In this document: positions 10,259 through 20,187 of the stretch, piece after piece | How positions within the stretch are numbered: the first letter of the stretch is position 1 | How the letters are laid out: each line of letters starts with the position of its first letter | Assembly (NCBI GenBank): GCA_964249715.1 | Contig: CAXUDN010000002.1 | Location: 14,801 to 78,800, forward strand | Direction of reading: 5' to 3' | Origin: an uncultured Acidobacteriaceae bacterium | GTDB taxonomy: Bacteria; Acidobacteriota; Terriglobia; Terriglobales; Acidobacteriaceae | Length of the DNA stretch: 64,000 nucleotides | The notes under the pieces: generated by a model | The model's database searches: none | Seen by the model: the letters and a program-made list of their open reading frames with translations, nothing else | Told to the model about the DNA's origin: nothing | Made by a program: the position numbers and the translations under genes

Positions 10259-10288
10259 TATACGCCGGCGGGGAACCTCCCGGATGCA
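10259..10288 (-). promoter_or_regulatory. Candidate autoregulated ECF promoter
   Basis: Minus strand TGCATCC-N17-CGTATA ending 15 nt before the sigma ATG. Confidence 0.4.
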
Positions 10289-10365
10289 GAAAGTATCGAC
10301 AGCCATGCTCATGCTCTAAACGGTGCTTCCTCTCCGCGAGCAAACGGCCGAAGGATCACGCTTTC

Positions 10366-10902
10366 TTACGGCGTGGTCTGCTTTGCCCCGGTCCATTCCA
10401 GATAGGGTCGCCAAGCCGTCTGCCCGGGCATTTGCATGGCAAAACTGCCCGCCATCGACCCGTTCCTGAAGGTGTACATCAACCGAAACTGCGGTCCGCC
10501 ACCAGCGCCTTCCGACAGAAACACCACGCTTCCAGGCTCCGGCACGCTTACGCCGTAATGAATGACATGACCCTCGTTATCGAAGTAGATCGCCTTGAGC
10601 GGCTGTCCGGGCGCGTCGGGGTAGATGTAGAGAAGGTCGCCGTGTTCGCAATCGAACTGCGCGGGCCCCTTGCACCCTGCCACCTGGGCATGCCGGGCCA
10701 GGATATGGCCACCCAACTCCCGCCGAAACGTGTAGGCGCCGTCCGACGAAGCTCCCTGTCCTGACCCATGCGCACTCCAGGAGCCTTCCAGGAACCCCAA
10801 GGACGCGAACGCATCCTGGCCCGTTGCCATACCTTGCGCCGTAGCGCCCGGACCGCACAGCCCCGCGGTCATCACCATCGCACAAAGAAAACCCTTCAGC
10901 AT
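10366..10902 (-). CDS. Secreted hypothetical protein (beta-rich, FLEGSW motif)
   Basis: Signal peptide, YFDNEGHVIHY motif, normal codon usage. Confidence 0.7.
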   Translation of the reverse strand: MLKGFLCAMVMTAGLCGPGATAQGMATGQDAFASLGFLEGSWSAHGSGQGASSDGAYTFRRELGGHILARHAQVAGCKGPAQFDCEHGDLLYIYPDAPGQPLKAIYFDNEGHVIHYGVSVPEPGSVVFLSEGAGGGPQFRLMYTFRNGSMAGSFAMQMPGQTAWRPYLEWTGAKQTTP

Positions 10903-10930
10903 GGGAGCAAGATATCAGTACCATGAACGA

Positions 10931-12496
10931 ATGAGTCTCCGCCCCGGCGCCTTTGCGCTCCTGCTCGCCCTCACGTTCCCGGTCGGCCTTCCGGCCTCTG
11001 CACATGCACAGCGCGGCGAACGAGCGCCCCAGGACACCCCCGCTCCGGGCGCCATTTCAGCCCCTGCCAACACCCCCAAACAGCCCGAAGAACCGAAGAC
11101 GCTTCCCGACCGCCTGCCGCCCGACAAGTCCGTTCCGCAGAGTATTACCGTGAACGGCAAGACCATTCATTACACCGCCACGGTCGGCACCATCGACCTG
11201 AAGGCGAAAGACGGCAAGACCACCGGCCAGGTCATGTACATCGCGTATATCGCCGACACCCCCAAGGGCCAGCCCAGTTCGCGCCCCGTCACCTTCGCTT
11301 TCAACGGCGGCCCCGGGGCCAGCTCTACCTATCTGAATTTCGGCGCGATCGGCCCCAAGCACATCGCCTTCGCCAACGCCGGTGATTCCGCTTCCGACCC
11401 TGCCGTGGCGAGCGACAATCCCGGTACTTGGCTCGACTTCACCGACCTCGTCTTTCTCGATCCCATCGGCACCGGCTTTTCGCGTTCGCTTGTTGATGAC
11501 AATGAGACCAAGAAGCTCTTCTACGGCCCGACCCCTGACGTCGAATACCTCTCACTGGTGATCTACAAGTGGCTCGTCAAAAGCGACCGCATGCTGGCCA
11601 AGAAGTATCTCATCGGCGAAAGCTACGGAGGCTACCGCGGCCCGCGCATGACGTACTTCCTTCAATCCCAGCTCGGCGTAGGCGTCAACGGGCTTTTCCT
11701 TGTAAGCCCGTACCTCAATCCGGACTTTGGCGATGGTACGCTCAGTCCGGTTCCCTGGATGACCACCCTTCCGTCCATCACCGCCGCGCATCTTGAAGCC
11801 CAGAACAATCTCACGCCCGAGGCTATGCGCACGGTGATCGACTACACCGAGGGGCCGTACGCCACCGCACTCATCGGCGGTCCACAGAATAAAGCCGCCA
11901 CAGAAACCATGATCGACACCGTCACGAAGATGACCGGACTCGATCCCAAATTCGTCCGCTACTCCGGTGGCCGGCTCGACACTCGCGCTTACCTTCGCGA
12001 GGTCCATCGTGAGCAGGGCGAGATCGGCTCTGTCTATGACAGCAACGTCACCGCGCCCGACCCGTTCCCCTATTCCCCCGAGTTCGAGTCCAACGATCCC
12101 ATCCTCGACGGCATCATCGCCCCAACCACGGAGGCCGCCGTCGACTTCATCACTCATGTTGTGGGCTGGAAGACGGACGCCCGCTATAACGCGCTTTCCT
12201 ATGAGGTCAACCGCCAATGGGACCGCGCCGGCAACCAGGACCTCCGCCACGGATCCGTTCCCGCCCTGCGCGAAGCCATTGCCGCTGACCCCAAGCTGAA
12301 GGTTGTCATCGTCCACGGCTGGAACGACCTCTCCTGCCCTTTCATGGGCAGCATTCTCACCCAGAACCAACTTCCCGCAACCCTGGCCAAACAGGTCGAA
12401 ATCCATGAGTTCCCAGGCGGACACATGTTTTACACCCGCGCCCAGAATGGAGCGGGGTTGCACAGTCTCGCGGAGGGGACCGTAACGGCCCACTGA
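10931..12496 (+). CDS. S10 family serine carboxypeptidase, secreted
   Basis: FNGGPGASS, DPIGTGFS, nucleophile GESYGG and GGHMFY motifs; signal peptide. Confidence 0.93.
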   Translation: MSLRPGAFALLLALTFPVGLPASAHAQRGERAPQDTPAPGAISAPANTPKQPEEPKTLPDRLPPDKSVPQSITVNGKTIHYTATVGTIDLKAKDGKTTGQVMYIAYIADTPKGQPSSRPVTFAFNGGPGASSTYLNFGAIGPKHIAFANAGDSASDPAVASDNPGTWLDFTDLVFLDPIGTGFSRSLVDDNETKKLFYGPTPDVEYLSLVIYKWLVKSDRMLAKKYLIGESYGGYRGPRMTYFLQSQLGVGVNGLFLVSPYLNPDFGDGTLSPVPWMTTLPSITAAHLEAQNNLTPEAMRTVIDYTEGPYATALIGGPQNKAATETMIDTVTKMTGLDPKFVRYSGGRLDTRAYLREVHREQGEIGSVYDSNVTAPDPFPYSPEFESNDPILDGIIAPTTEAAVDFITHVVGWKTDARYNALSYEVNRQWDRAGNQDLRHGSVPALREAIAADPKLKVVIVHGWNDLSCPFMGSILTQNQLPATLAKQVEIHEFPGGHMFYTRAQNGAGLHSLAEGTVTAH

Positions 12497-12624
12497 GGCA
12501 TCAGTTTCCCTCGGCAGTGAATCCATCTTCGTGGGAATGAATCAGTTGAACGGCGGAAGACTGAGCTGAAAGCTCTCCCATCCGCAGTTCGTTCCTCTCC
12601 CTCAACGAAGATCAGCGGTGATTA

Positions 12625-13980
12625 GTGCACAATAATGCTGTGTCGCAGATTGAGGGCTTCGCGGGCAAACGGAACCTGCGAAGCAGGCGACGGAACCTTG
12701 GTGTCGCGCTGGTGCTTCTCGCTTTCACGGCACTGGGCATAGCGCGGCATCTGCACATGTATGGCGAAGACCTTGCCTCGTCTTACGTTGGGTGCAGGCT
12801 TTTGGCGGCGGGAGAAGGAGATCATCTTTACAGCCGCAGCGCTGTGAACTTCAGCAAGGTGGCCGATCCGGTGTGGGATGATATGGCTCGCCGAACCGGT
12901 TATCAGATGATCGTATTGCTGCATCCGTACGTGCAGACCCCTCTTTGGGCCTACTCGCTTGAACCGGTCTGCACCCGCATGGATTTCAGGCATTTCTGCG
13001 ACTGGTACATGATTTTCTTTATGCTTTCCACGTCGGGTACGATCTGGCTGGTTGCCCGGTACTGGACGCCCGCCCTGTTTCACCCGGGATGGATTGTGCT
13101 GGTCTACTTCTGCTTCTACCGGTCGGAACCGTTCAAATACGCGATCTTTCTATCGCAAACTCACATACTCTACCTGTTCATGACGGTGCTGGCCTTGATA
13201 CTCGCCGAGCGCCGGAGGCCCGTGGGAGCGGGCGTCCTCTTGGCGCTTGCCGCCGCGGTCAAGATCACTCCAGGATTCCTCCTCCTCTACTGGTTGCTGA
13301 CCCGGAGATACAAGGCTGCTTTCTGGTTCGTGGCGAGCTCCGTTGTTCTGGTAGCCCTGACATTCCTCCTGCTCGGTTCGGGGATGATGCACGCGTATCT
13401 TCAGTCGCTATCGCAAAACTCGAACGTGCTCCTGCTTGCCTTCAATAACCAGTCCTTCCCGGCATGGTTGGTGGGCCTCCGTTCACCTAAAACAGAGGCA
13501 TTGCACTGGTACATCCACCAGATGCCGGTTGGAGTGAAAGTGCTCTCCCTGTCGCTGGGTGTGACAAGCACGATTGCGGGAGGGTGGCTGGATCGCAGGA
13601 CGGAGAAGGTGGGCAGACCGGACGAACGGGTGCGCGAACCCTATGGAGCAGTCTTCGCCATGCTGGGTGCGACGATCTTTGCGCCCATTGCGTGGACGCA
13701 CTACTTTATCCTGCTGGTCATCCCCGTGATGATGTTCCTGCAAAAGGGCCGGCAACGGCGATCCTGGGGATGGATTGCCGTCATTTTGTTCATCTTCCTT
13801 CTGAATCTCTACCCCATCAGCTTCGGCTCCGTGCATTTCCGATACAAGAGCTTCACGATCGTTCGCAGCCAGTTCTACTCCGGGGTGCTGGCCATGCTTG
13901 GGCTCGCGGTGCTGGGCTATGAGAAGCAAAGGCGTGAGTTGAGTCTGCCGCCAGCTACGGTACTCCCCTCCCAGCCCTGA
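12625..13980 (+). CDS. GT87 (DUF2029)-like polytopic glycosyltransferase
   Basis: Multi-TM; HPYVQTP, LAAAVKITP, NNQS and PIAWTHY motifs typical of GT87. Confidence 0.8.
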   Translation: MHNNAVSQIEGFAGKRNLRSRRRNLGVALVLLAFTALGIARHLHMYGEDLASSYVGCRLLAAGEGDHLYSRSAVNFSKVADPVWDDMARRTGYQMIVLLHPYVQTPLWAYSLEPVCTRMDFRHFCDWYMIFFMLSTSGTIWLVARYWTPALFHPGWIVLVYFCFYRSEPFKYAIFLSQTHILYLFMTVLALILAERRRPVGAGVLLALAAAVKITPGFLLLYWLLTRRYKAAFWFVASSVVLVALTFLLLGSGMMHAYLQSLSQNSNVLLLAFNNQSFPAWLVGLRSPKTEALHWYIHQMPVGVKVLSLSLGVTSTIAGGWLDRRTEKVGRPDERVREPYGAVFAMLGATIFAPIAWTHYFILLVIPVMMFLQKGRQRRSWGWIAVILFIFLLNLYPISFGSVHFRYKSFTIVRSQFYSGVLAMLGLAVLGYEKQRRELSLPPATVLPSQP

Positions 13981-14098
13981 ATTGCGCTACGCAAAGACGG
14001 GTCGAGCCAGCTGGAACGGGCGGCTCACATGAGAAAATAGGCTCGTGCACCGGCGCTCTGCGTTCCGGGTACGATGTTGAGTACGGAACGGGTCGTAA

Positions 14099-15784
14099 TT
14101 GAACGCGCAAGGTCCAGCGAGCAGCATCAACAGCCGAGTCTCCATGCCTCTGGTGGCATCGGCGTCAGTAAACGTCTCGAAGGTCAATCTGGCGAAGAAC
14201 GGACAAGCATCGCCGCCGACAGGGGAGAAAGCCGGCCTTTTTTCGAGCAAATTCCTGCAACAGCTGCGCTGGATAGCGTGTCTTCTTTCCGTTGGCCTCT
14301 TTGCCTTGTACGTGCACGCTTCCCTGCACTGGCCCGTTCTCTGGGACGGCGCCACCATGCACTACATCGTTTTTCTTCTGCGTCACGGCTTCCAGCCCTA
14401 CTCTGATATCACAGACATGAACCTGCCCGGCTGCTACCTCATGGAGGGCTGGGCGATGAATATTTTTGGCTGGGGTGACCTTTCCTGGCGGATTTACGAG
14501 TATTTCCTTATGCTCGTGCTCGCGGCCAGCGGCATGGTCATCGGAGGCCGCAGGCGCTGGATGGCCGGGGTCTACTGCGCGCTTTATTTCACGTTGATGC
14601 ATGGTGCCGAAGGCCCCGCCATGGCGGTGGAACGGGATGAAGTGATGACCGTGCTCCTGGTAATTGCCACCGCTTTCTTTTTCATGGCGCTGCGAAAGCG
14701 CAAGGCGTGGCTGCTCTTTCCCTTTGGTCTGCTGTGTGGGTTGGCTGAAAGCATGAAGCCTGGCGCCGCGCTCGTGGCAGTTGTTCTGACGGCCCTCGCC
14801 CTTGTCGTCGTACGGCGGCGAGGTCTCTCGGTCTGGCCAAGCCTTCTCCTGGTGCTGAGCGGTCATCTCGTGGTGCTCGCGATGATGCTCGGTTTCCTTT
14901 TCAAGCACCATGCCTTCGCCGGTTTGCTCTTTATCGTGCGAGACGTTTTGCCCTCGTATGCCAAAGAGAAGAACTTTGGGCACCTCTACCTGCTTCGTCA
15001 CCTGACACCCGTGCCGTTGATTCCGATCACAGCCGTTGCTCTGGTTGCAGCCTATGTGCGCCGGGAGCGCTGGCATTGGGAGCGGAGTGCCCTTCTTCTG
15101 GTTGTTGCAACAAGTGCCCTCACCTACTGGCTGCAGGCCAAGGGGTATCTTTACCATCGCTACACCTATACCGCGTTTCTGCTGCTCTGGGTCGGGTGGG
15201 AGTTAAGCGGCTCGGAAGTCCTGCGTCGAAGAATGCCCGCACTGCTGGAGATAAGCGGACTTCTTCTTCTGTTTCTGGTTGCCGTTCCTTTCTACGTGCA
15301 TCGCATTGAGGTTTACCCAACGATTGTCCCGCAACCTCAAACGATCGGTTACTCGCTGGAACGAGACCTTACAAGCCTGGGAGGAGATCGCCTCCAAAAT
15401 CAGGTACAGTGCCTCGATCTGGTGAACGGATGTCTCACCGCGCTCTACCATTTGCGCCTGGTGCAGAACACTGGAACCACAGGCGATCTGCTTCTTTTTT
15501 CACCAGAGGGCGGGGCCGCTGTGGACTTCTATCGCCATTGGTTTTTGACACAGGAGCTCGCGCATCCGCCCGACGTTGTTGTTTTGGGAAATGAGTGGTA
15601 TTTCGAATACAAAGCAAGGGGCAACAAGCTCGACACATGGCCTGTTTATGCAGCTTTTCTGCATGACAACTATCTGCCGGTGGGCAGCCGCGTCTTTGGT
15701 CCCATGGAGCATGCTCCTGCTTATGAGATCTATCTGCGCAAGGGCAGCACCGTGCTCGCCGAGGAGCAAAAGCACCCTCTGTAA
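14099..15784 (+). CDS. Polytopic GT-C-fold glycosyltransferase-like membrane protein
   Basis: Multi-TM with acidic first loop (WD...PYSDITDMNLPG), ERD, MKP and YHRY motifs plus a periplasmic C-domain; start uncertain. Confidence 0.65.
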   Translation: MNAQGPASSINSRVSMPLVASASVNVSKVNLAKNGQASPPTGEKAGLFSSKFLQQLRWIACLLSVGLFALYVHASLHWPVLWDGATMHYIVFLLRHGFQPYSDITDMNLPGCYLMEGWAMNIFGWGDLSWRIYEYFLMLVLAASGMVIGGRRRWMAGVYCALYFTLMHGAEGPAMAVERDEVMTVLLVIATAFFFMALRKRKAWLLFPFGLLCGLAESMKPGAALVAVVLTALALVVVRRRGLSVWPSLLLVLSGHLVVLAMMLGFLFKHHAFAGLLFIVRDVLPSYAKEKNFGHLYLLRHLTPVPLIPITAVALVAAYVRRERWHWERSALLLVVATSALTYWLQAKGYLYHRYTYTAFLLLWVGWELSGSEVLRRRMPALLEISGLLLLFLVAVPFYVHRIEVYPTIVPQPQTIGYSLERDLTSLGGDRLQNQVQCLDLVNGCLTALYHLRLVQNTGTTGDLLLFSPEGGAAVDFYRHWFLTQELAHPPDVVVLGNEWYFEYKARGNKLDTWPVYAAFLHDNYLPVGSRVFGPMEHAPAYEIYLRKGSTVLAEEQKHPL

Positions 15785-15822
15785 ACAGCAAAGGGGCGAC
15801 CGTAGGCCGCCCCTTTGCTGTT
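15784..15822. terminator. Bidirectional intrinsic terminator
   Basis: 15-bp perfect stem AACAGCAAAGGGGCG / CGCCCCTTTGCTGTT between convergent genes. Confidence 0.85.
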
Positions 15823-15842
15823 CCTGCGATGCTTTAGCTAAG

Positions 15843-18800
15843 TTAGTGGATGTCGAACTGCTCCGGGTGCAGGCTTGGATCGCTCTTGACCAGAATGGTT
15901 TTGCCGGCAATCTCTTCCATCTCCCCCAGCCACTTTGCGTTGTTCGCCTTCAGTTGCTTCACGACCTCCGGATTCACCCGTAGCATGACGTCGCCCTTGT
16001 CCAGTTGCTTGTGCATCTTGCGCAGCTCGATGTAGATCTCGTTGCACACGGTCACGGGGGATTTTGTCATGCCTGTGCCGGCACAGATGCCGCAGGTCGT
16101 CGACAGCGTCCGCTCCAGGCTTTGCTTGACGCGCTTGCGCGTAATCGCCACCAGACCGAAGTCATTGAACTGGAGAACCTTGGACGGCGCACGATCCTTC
16201 TTGAGCTCTTCTTCAAGCGCAATCAGCACCTTCTGCCGGTTCTTGCGATCGTCCATATCGATGAAGTCGATTACGATGATGCCGCCCAGATCGCGCAGCC
16301 GAATCTGCCGCACAATCTCCGGAATCGCATCCAGATTCGTCTTCACAATCGTGTCTTCGAGACGCGCCGTCTTGCCGACATACTTGCCGGTGTTGATGTC
16401 GATCGCCACGAGAGCTTCAGTCTGGTTGATCACGATCGATCCACCCGACTTCAGCCATACCTTGCTGCGCAATGCCTTGTTGATTTCCTCGGAGATGCCG
16501 AACTGCTCGAACAGCGGCGTGTCCTTGGTGTACAGCTTCACGCGCCGCATCAGGCTCGGCTCGAAGCGCTGCAGAAAGCGCAGCACGCGCTCGTATTCGG
16601 TCTCGGTATCGCACCAGATCGCAGAGAAGTTCTCGCTGACCTGATCGCGCAGAACGCGTTCGATCAGGTTGAGATCGTGGTAGATCAGCGCCGGCGACTT
16701 GGAGCCTTCCGACCTCTGCTTGATGTCCGACCACAGGTTCAGCAGAAAGCGCAGATCGCTGCGCAGCTCCTCCTCACTTGCGCCGGACGCCGCGGTGCGC
16801 ACGATGAACCCGCCCGCAGCCTCGCCCTTCTCGCTGAGCAGAATCTCTTTCAAGCGGCGACGCTCGCTATCGGACTCGATCTTGCGGCTCACACCGACGT
16901 GATTCACCGTCGGCATAAACACCAGAAAACGCCCAGGCAAGGCGATGTGCGAGGTGATCCGCGCACCCTTCTTCGCAATCGGTTCCTTGGCGATCTGCAC
17001 AAGAACTTCTTGCCCAGGCTTCAGCAGATCGCTGATCGCGGGCAAGTCGGTTGTCTGCATCGAGTGCCGGCTTTGCCGTCCCCCTGAGCGAGACCCGGCC
17101 ATGCCACGCCGGTCGCGGCTGCCCCGGTCGCGATCGCGTCCACCGCGGTCACGATCGCCGGGGCGCCGGCTCTCGCGCCGCACTTCGCCGCCACGATCCT
17201 CGGAGCCGCTGCGCCGGAGTTCACGCGGCGCGCGCTCTTCGGTGAACTCCGGGAAGTCACCCATGGTCGACGCTGCCGGCTTCTCGCTCTCTTCCTCGAA
17301 AGCCGCCTCTTCGCCTTCGAGAACCTCGTCCTCTTCGACTTCCGAGATCTCACTCGCCGTAACCTCTTCGGTGCCGTCGAGTTCGTCTTCCTCCATCTCC
17401 TCTTCGTCGATGTCGAAGTCCTCGTCCTCTTCGTCCAGCACGGAGCTGTCGGCCGAGGTTATCTCGTCCAGGGCACGATCGCGCACCAGCGATCCAAGCT
17501 GCATGCCGATCTCGGCGCCGGCTTCGAGCGTCTCCTCTTCGATGTCGTCGCCGTAGCTTGCCGCCACGTCCAGCACCTCGGTGTCGTCCTCATCCAGGTA
17601 TTCTTCCTCGAGCTCGCCCTGCCCTGGCGCAAAGGCCTGTTCGCCGGGTTCTACTCCTCCCGTCTCGCCCGGTGCGGCGGGCGCTTCGGAAATCGCCTCG
17701 CTTCCACGTTCTGAAAGTACCGCCGTCTCGTGCTCGATGGGGTTGGTCGGATCTTCACCGGCTTCCGGCACCGTCACTTCGCCGGGCAGCTCCGAAAGCA
17801 TCTCGCCCGCATTATCGATCGTGGTGTATTGGTGCTCGGTCCCTGCGTAATCGGCTTGGACCTCCGCATTTCCGGCCTCGACGTCATCGTCGGCAATGCC
17901 GCTTTGCCGAAATTCGCTAGGCCCGGCAGGATCAACGCGGTACGACGCGGAAGCTTCTTCACCCGGCTCATACTCCTGGGTCTCCTCGTGAAACTCCTCG
18001 CCCGCATGCGCCGGCTCCAACGCAATCCCGGCATGCATGGCGTTCACCGCCGCAAGCACCTCGGGCGCCGGCCCGTCCGGCTGGATCGCATCTGTCGAAG
18101 GCTCGTACACGACATCGTCGGCGACGGCATCCTCTGCCGTAAGCCTTGCCTCATACGCCTCAATGACAAATCCGGGGACATCATCCGACGCTCCTACCGG
18201 AGACAGTGCACTCTCCATCGGCAGCTTCACGGCTTCCGCTTCATGCTCCGAGCTAACCCCTGGTTGCGCCGCTTCCATCGGGGACAGCGTCTCGTGCAGC
18301 ACCGCCCCGGAATGGAACGAGGATGGCACCTCTTCGGCCGCGGCTTGCGGCGTCGCTTCTTCCCCCCGCCCTGACCGGCCGCGTTGCCGGTCACGGTCGC
18401 GGCGGCGGTCCGAGCCACGGCGGCTCCCGCCTTCGCCAAGATCGTCTTGTGCAGCGTCCGTCACAGATGTTGCGGCAGCGGCTGTGCGCCCGCCAGTGGC
18501 GCTGTCCTCGGCTCCACGGCGCCGCGAAAGCGACTCACCCGGCAGCACAAAGCCGCCATCCCAGGCTCCGGCCGAGATGTTGATCTCCGTCGATGGACGC
18601 GTGACCAGGGGAAGAACGGATGCCTTCGGCGCAACGCTTGCTGACGCAGCCACGCCCGGCTCTTCCCCGTCCTTGCGATACCGGGAAAGCGACTCACCCG
18701 GCAGAATCATAGGTTGAACGCCATCCGCCGTCTCCGATGCGCTTTCTACCGGGCGTTCTGGACGCCGTTCCCGCTCGCCCCCGCTATCCGAGCGATCCCG

Positions 18801-19622
18801 ATCCCGTCCGCGGCCACCCCGGTCGCGGTTACGTTCGCCACCGCGGTCGCGTCCACTGCGGCCCCGTTCTCCGCGGGGTTCTTCGCGCCCCGCTGTTTCT
18901 TCCTGCCCGAAGACGCGCTCCAGGGAACCGCTTTCCATTTCTTCCGGCGCATCTGTAGACGGCAACTGCTCATCGCCCTCTACCGCGACCTGCGCTTCAG
19001 GCGCGGCACCGCTCTCCTCGCCACCTCGGCCGCCACGACGCCGGCCGCGGCGCCCGCGCCAGCGACGGCTTCCTTCGCCCCCATCCTCGGTTGCCTGTTC
19101 CACTGGCTCCGCCACGCCCTCGGAGGGGCTGTCGAAGTCAGGCGACTGAAGAATGGTTGTCTCACCCGTCGTCGCAAAGCTCTCACGAGGAAGATCCCGC
19201 GGCACAGCCTCGCGGCTACGCTCCGGGCGTTCCCGGTCCCCACCACTGCGACGCCCGCCGCTACGTTCCCCTCGCGGCCGCTCGCCGCTGCGATCGGACC
19301 CGCTGCGATCGGAACCATTACGCTCAGACCCGCTGCGCTCGGATCCACTGCGGCGGCCTTCGCTGCTCTCAAACTCCGCAGAGTCCTCACCCTGCTCTTC
19401 CATGAAGTCGGTGATGTACAGGAACGCATCGCGCTCCAGCCCGACATCCACAAATGCCGATTGCATGCCCGGCAAAACACGGGTGACGCGCCCGTTATAA
19501 ATTGACCCCGCGAGCGTGTACTCGTTTTCACGCTCGTAATAGATCTCACTGAGTTCTTCTTTTTCAACAATCGCCAGCCGCGTCTCGTGCGGTGTGCTGG
19601 AAATGTATATTTCTTTCGACAT
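15843..19622 (-). CDS. rne: Rne/Rng family ribonuclease with very long disordered insertion in the S1 domain
   Basis: N-terminal GSIYNGRVTRVLPGMQSAFVDVG; C-terminal QIAKEPIAKKGAR, IDINTG, RLRDLGGIIVIDFIDM and the CxxCxG Zn-link. Confidence 0.95.
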   Translation of the reverse strand: MSKEIYISSTPHETRLAIVEKEELSEIYYERENEYTLAGSIYNGRVTRVLPGMQSAFVDVGLERDAFLYITDFMEEQGEDSAEFESSEGRRSGSERSGSERNGSDRSGSDRSGERPRGERSGGRRSGGDRERPERSREAVPRDLPRESFATTGETTILQSPDFDSPSEGVAEPVEQATEDGGEGSRRWRGRRGRRRGGRGGEESGAAPEAQVAVEGDEQLPSTDAPEEMESGSLERVFGQEETAGREEPRGERGRSGRDRGGERNRDRGGRGRDRDRSDSGGERERRPERPVESASETADGVQPMILPGESLSRYRKDGEEPGVAASASVAPKASVLPLVTRPSTEINISAGAWDGGFVLPGESLSRRRGAEDSATGGRTAAAATSVTDAAQDDLGEGGSRRGSDRRRDRDRQRGRSGRGEEATPQAAAEEVPSSFHSGAVLHETLSPMEAAQPGVSSEHEAEAVKLPMESALSPVGASDDVPGFVIEAYEARLTAEDAVADDVVYEPSTDAIQPDGPAPEVLAAVNAMHAGIALEPAHAGEEFHEETQEYEPGEEASASYRVDPAGPSEFRQSGIADDDVEAGNAEVQADYAGTEHQYTTIDNAGEMLSELPGEVTVPEAGEDPTNPIEHETAVLSERGSEAISEAPAAPGETGGVEPGEQAFAPGQGELEEEYLDEDDTEVLDVAASYGDDIEEETLEAGAEIGMQLGSLVRDRALDEITSADSSVLDEEDEDFDIDEEEMEEDELDGTEEVTASEISEVEEDEVLEGEEAAFEEESEKPAASTMGDFPEFTEERAPRELRRSGSEDRGGEVRRESRRPGDRDRGGRDRDRGSRDRRGMAGSRSGGRQSRHSMQTTDLPAISDLLKPGQEVLVQIAKEPIAKKGARITSHIALPGRFLVFMPTVNHVGVSRKIESDSERRRLKEILLSEKGEAAGGFIVRTAASGASEEELRSDLRFLLNLWSDIKQRSEGSKSPALIYHDLNLIERVLRDQVSENFSAIWCDTETEYERVLRFLQRFEPSLMRRVKLYTKDTPLFEQFGISEEINKALRSKVWLKSGGSIVINQTEALVAIDINTGKYVGKTARLEDTIVKTNLDAIPEIVRQIRLRDLGGIIVIDFIDMDDRKNRQKVLIALEEELKKDRAPSKVLQFNDFGLVAITRKRVKQSLERTLSTTCGICAGTGMTKSPVTVCNEIYIELRKMHKQLDKGDVMLRVNPEVVKQLKANNAKWLGEMEEIAGKTILVKSDPSLHPEQFDIH

Positions 19623-20100
19623 AGTCTCTGCTTTCTGCCCGGGTTACGGGCAGGCAGGACAGGCGAAGACCACGCCCCGAAGAGTATTTAGCTCTTTAGG
19701 GCTGCCTCCCTTGCTGGGGACAGGAGATGAGAGGCGCTGGCTGGAAAGGAGATGTTTGCCGCCCCGGCCCGAAGGCCGAAGACCAGGCGAGACCGGCGAA
19801 CCGCCCTGTGCGGGATCGCGAGCCTGCGCTCAAAAACAAATGTGTCCAGAGTGCTTGCCTTGGCCCGGGAACGCCCTGCGGCGCCTTCGGGATCAACGCC
19901 TGGAACGGAGTTTGTGACCGCAACAGCCGTCGAAGGCGGGGTCGTTAACCGTCCGTTCACATGCATGCTCAAACCTGTCCGGCCCGCGAGTGAGTTGATC
20001 TGCCTGGCCGGCCTTCGGTAATAAACTCGTTCGCTGCGCTGGGTATGGTCTCGTCCAGGGCAGCGGGTCCGCGTCGCCCAGCCCTGAAGGCCGGATGACT
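19623..20100 (-). promoter_or_regulatory. Long structured 5' leader of rne
   Basis: No credible CDS; minus-strand hairpins GGCC-UUCG-GGCC (19766-19777), CUC-UUCG-GGG (19675-19684) and a 7-bp stem at 19635-19653. Confidence 0.5.
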
Positions 20101-20187
20101 GATCCTAGTATGCACGAAAATGGGTAGTGGGCACAGAACAAGAAAAGAGCGAGTTTCCGCTCCGTTGACGCTGGGACGGGGGAATAG

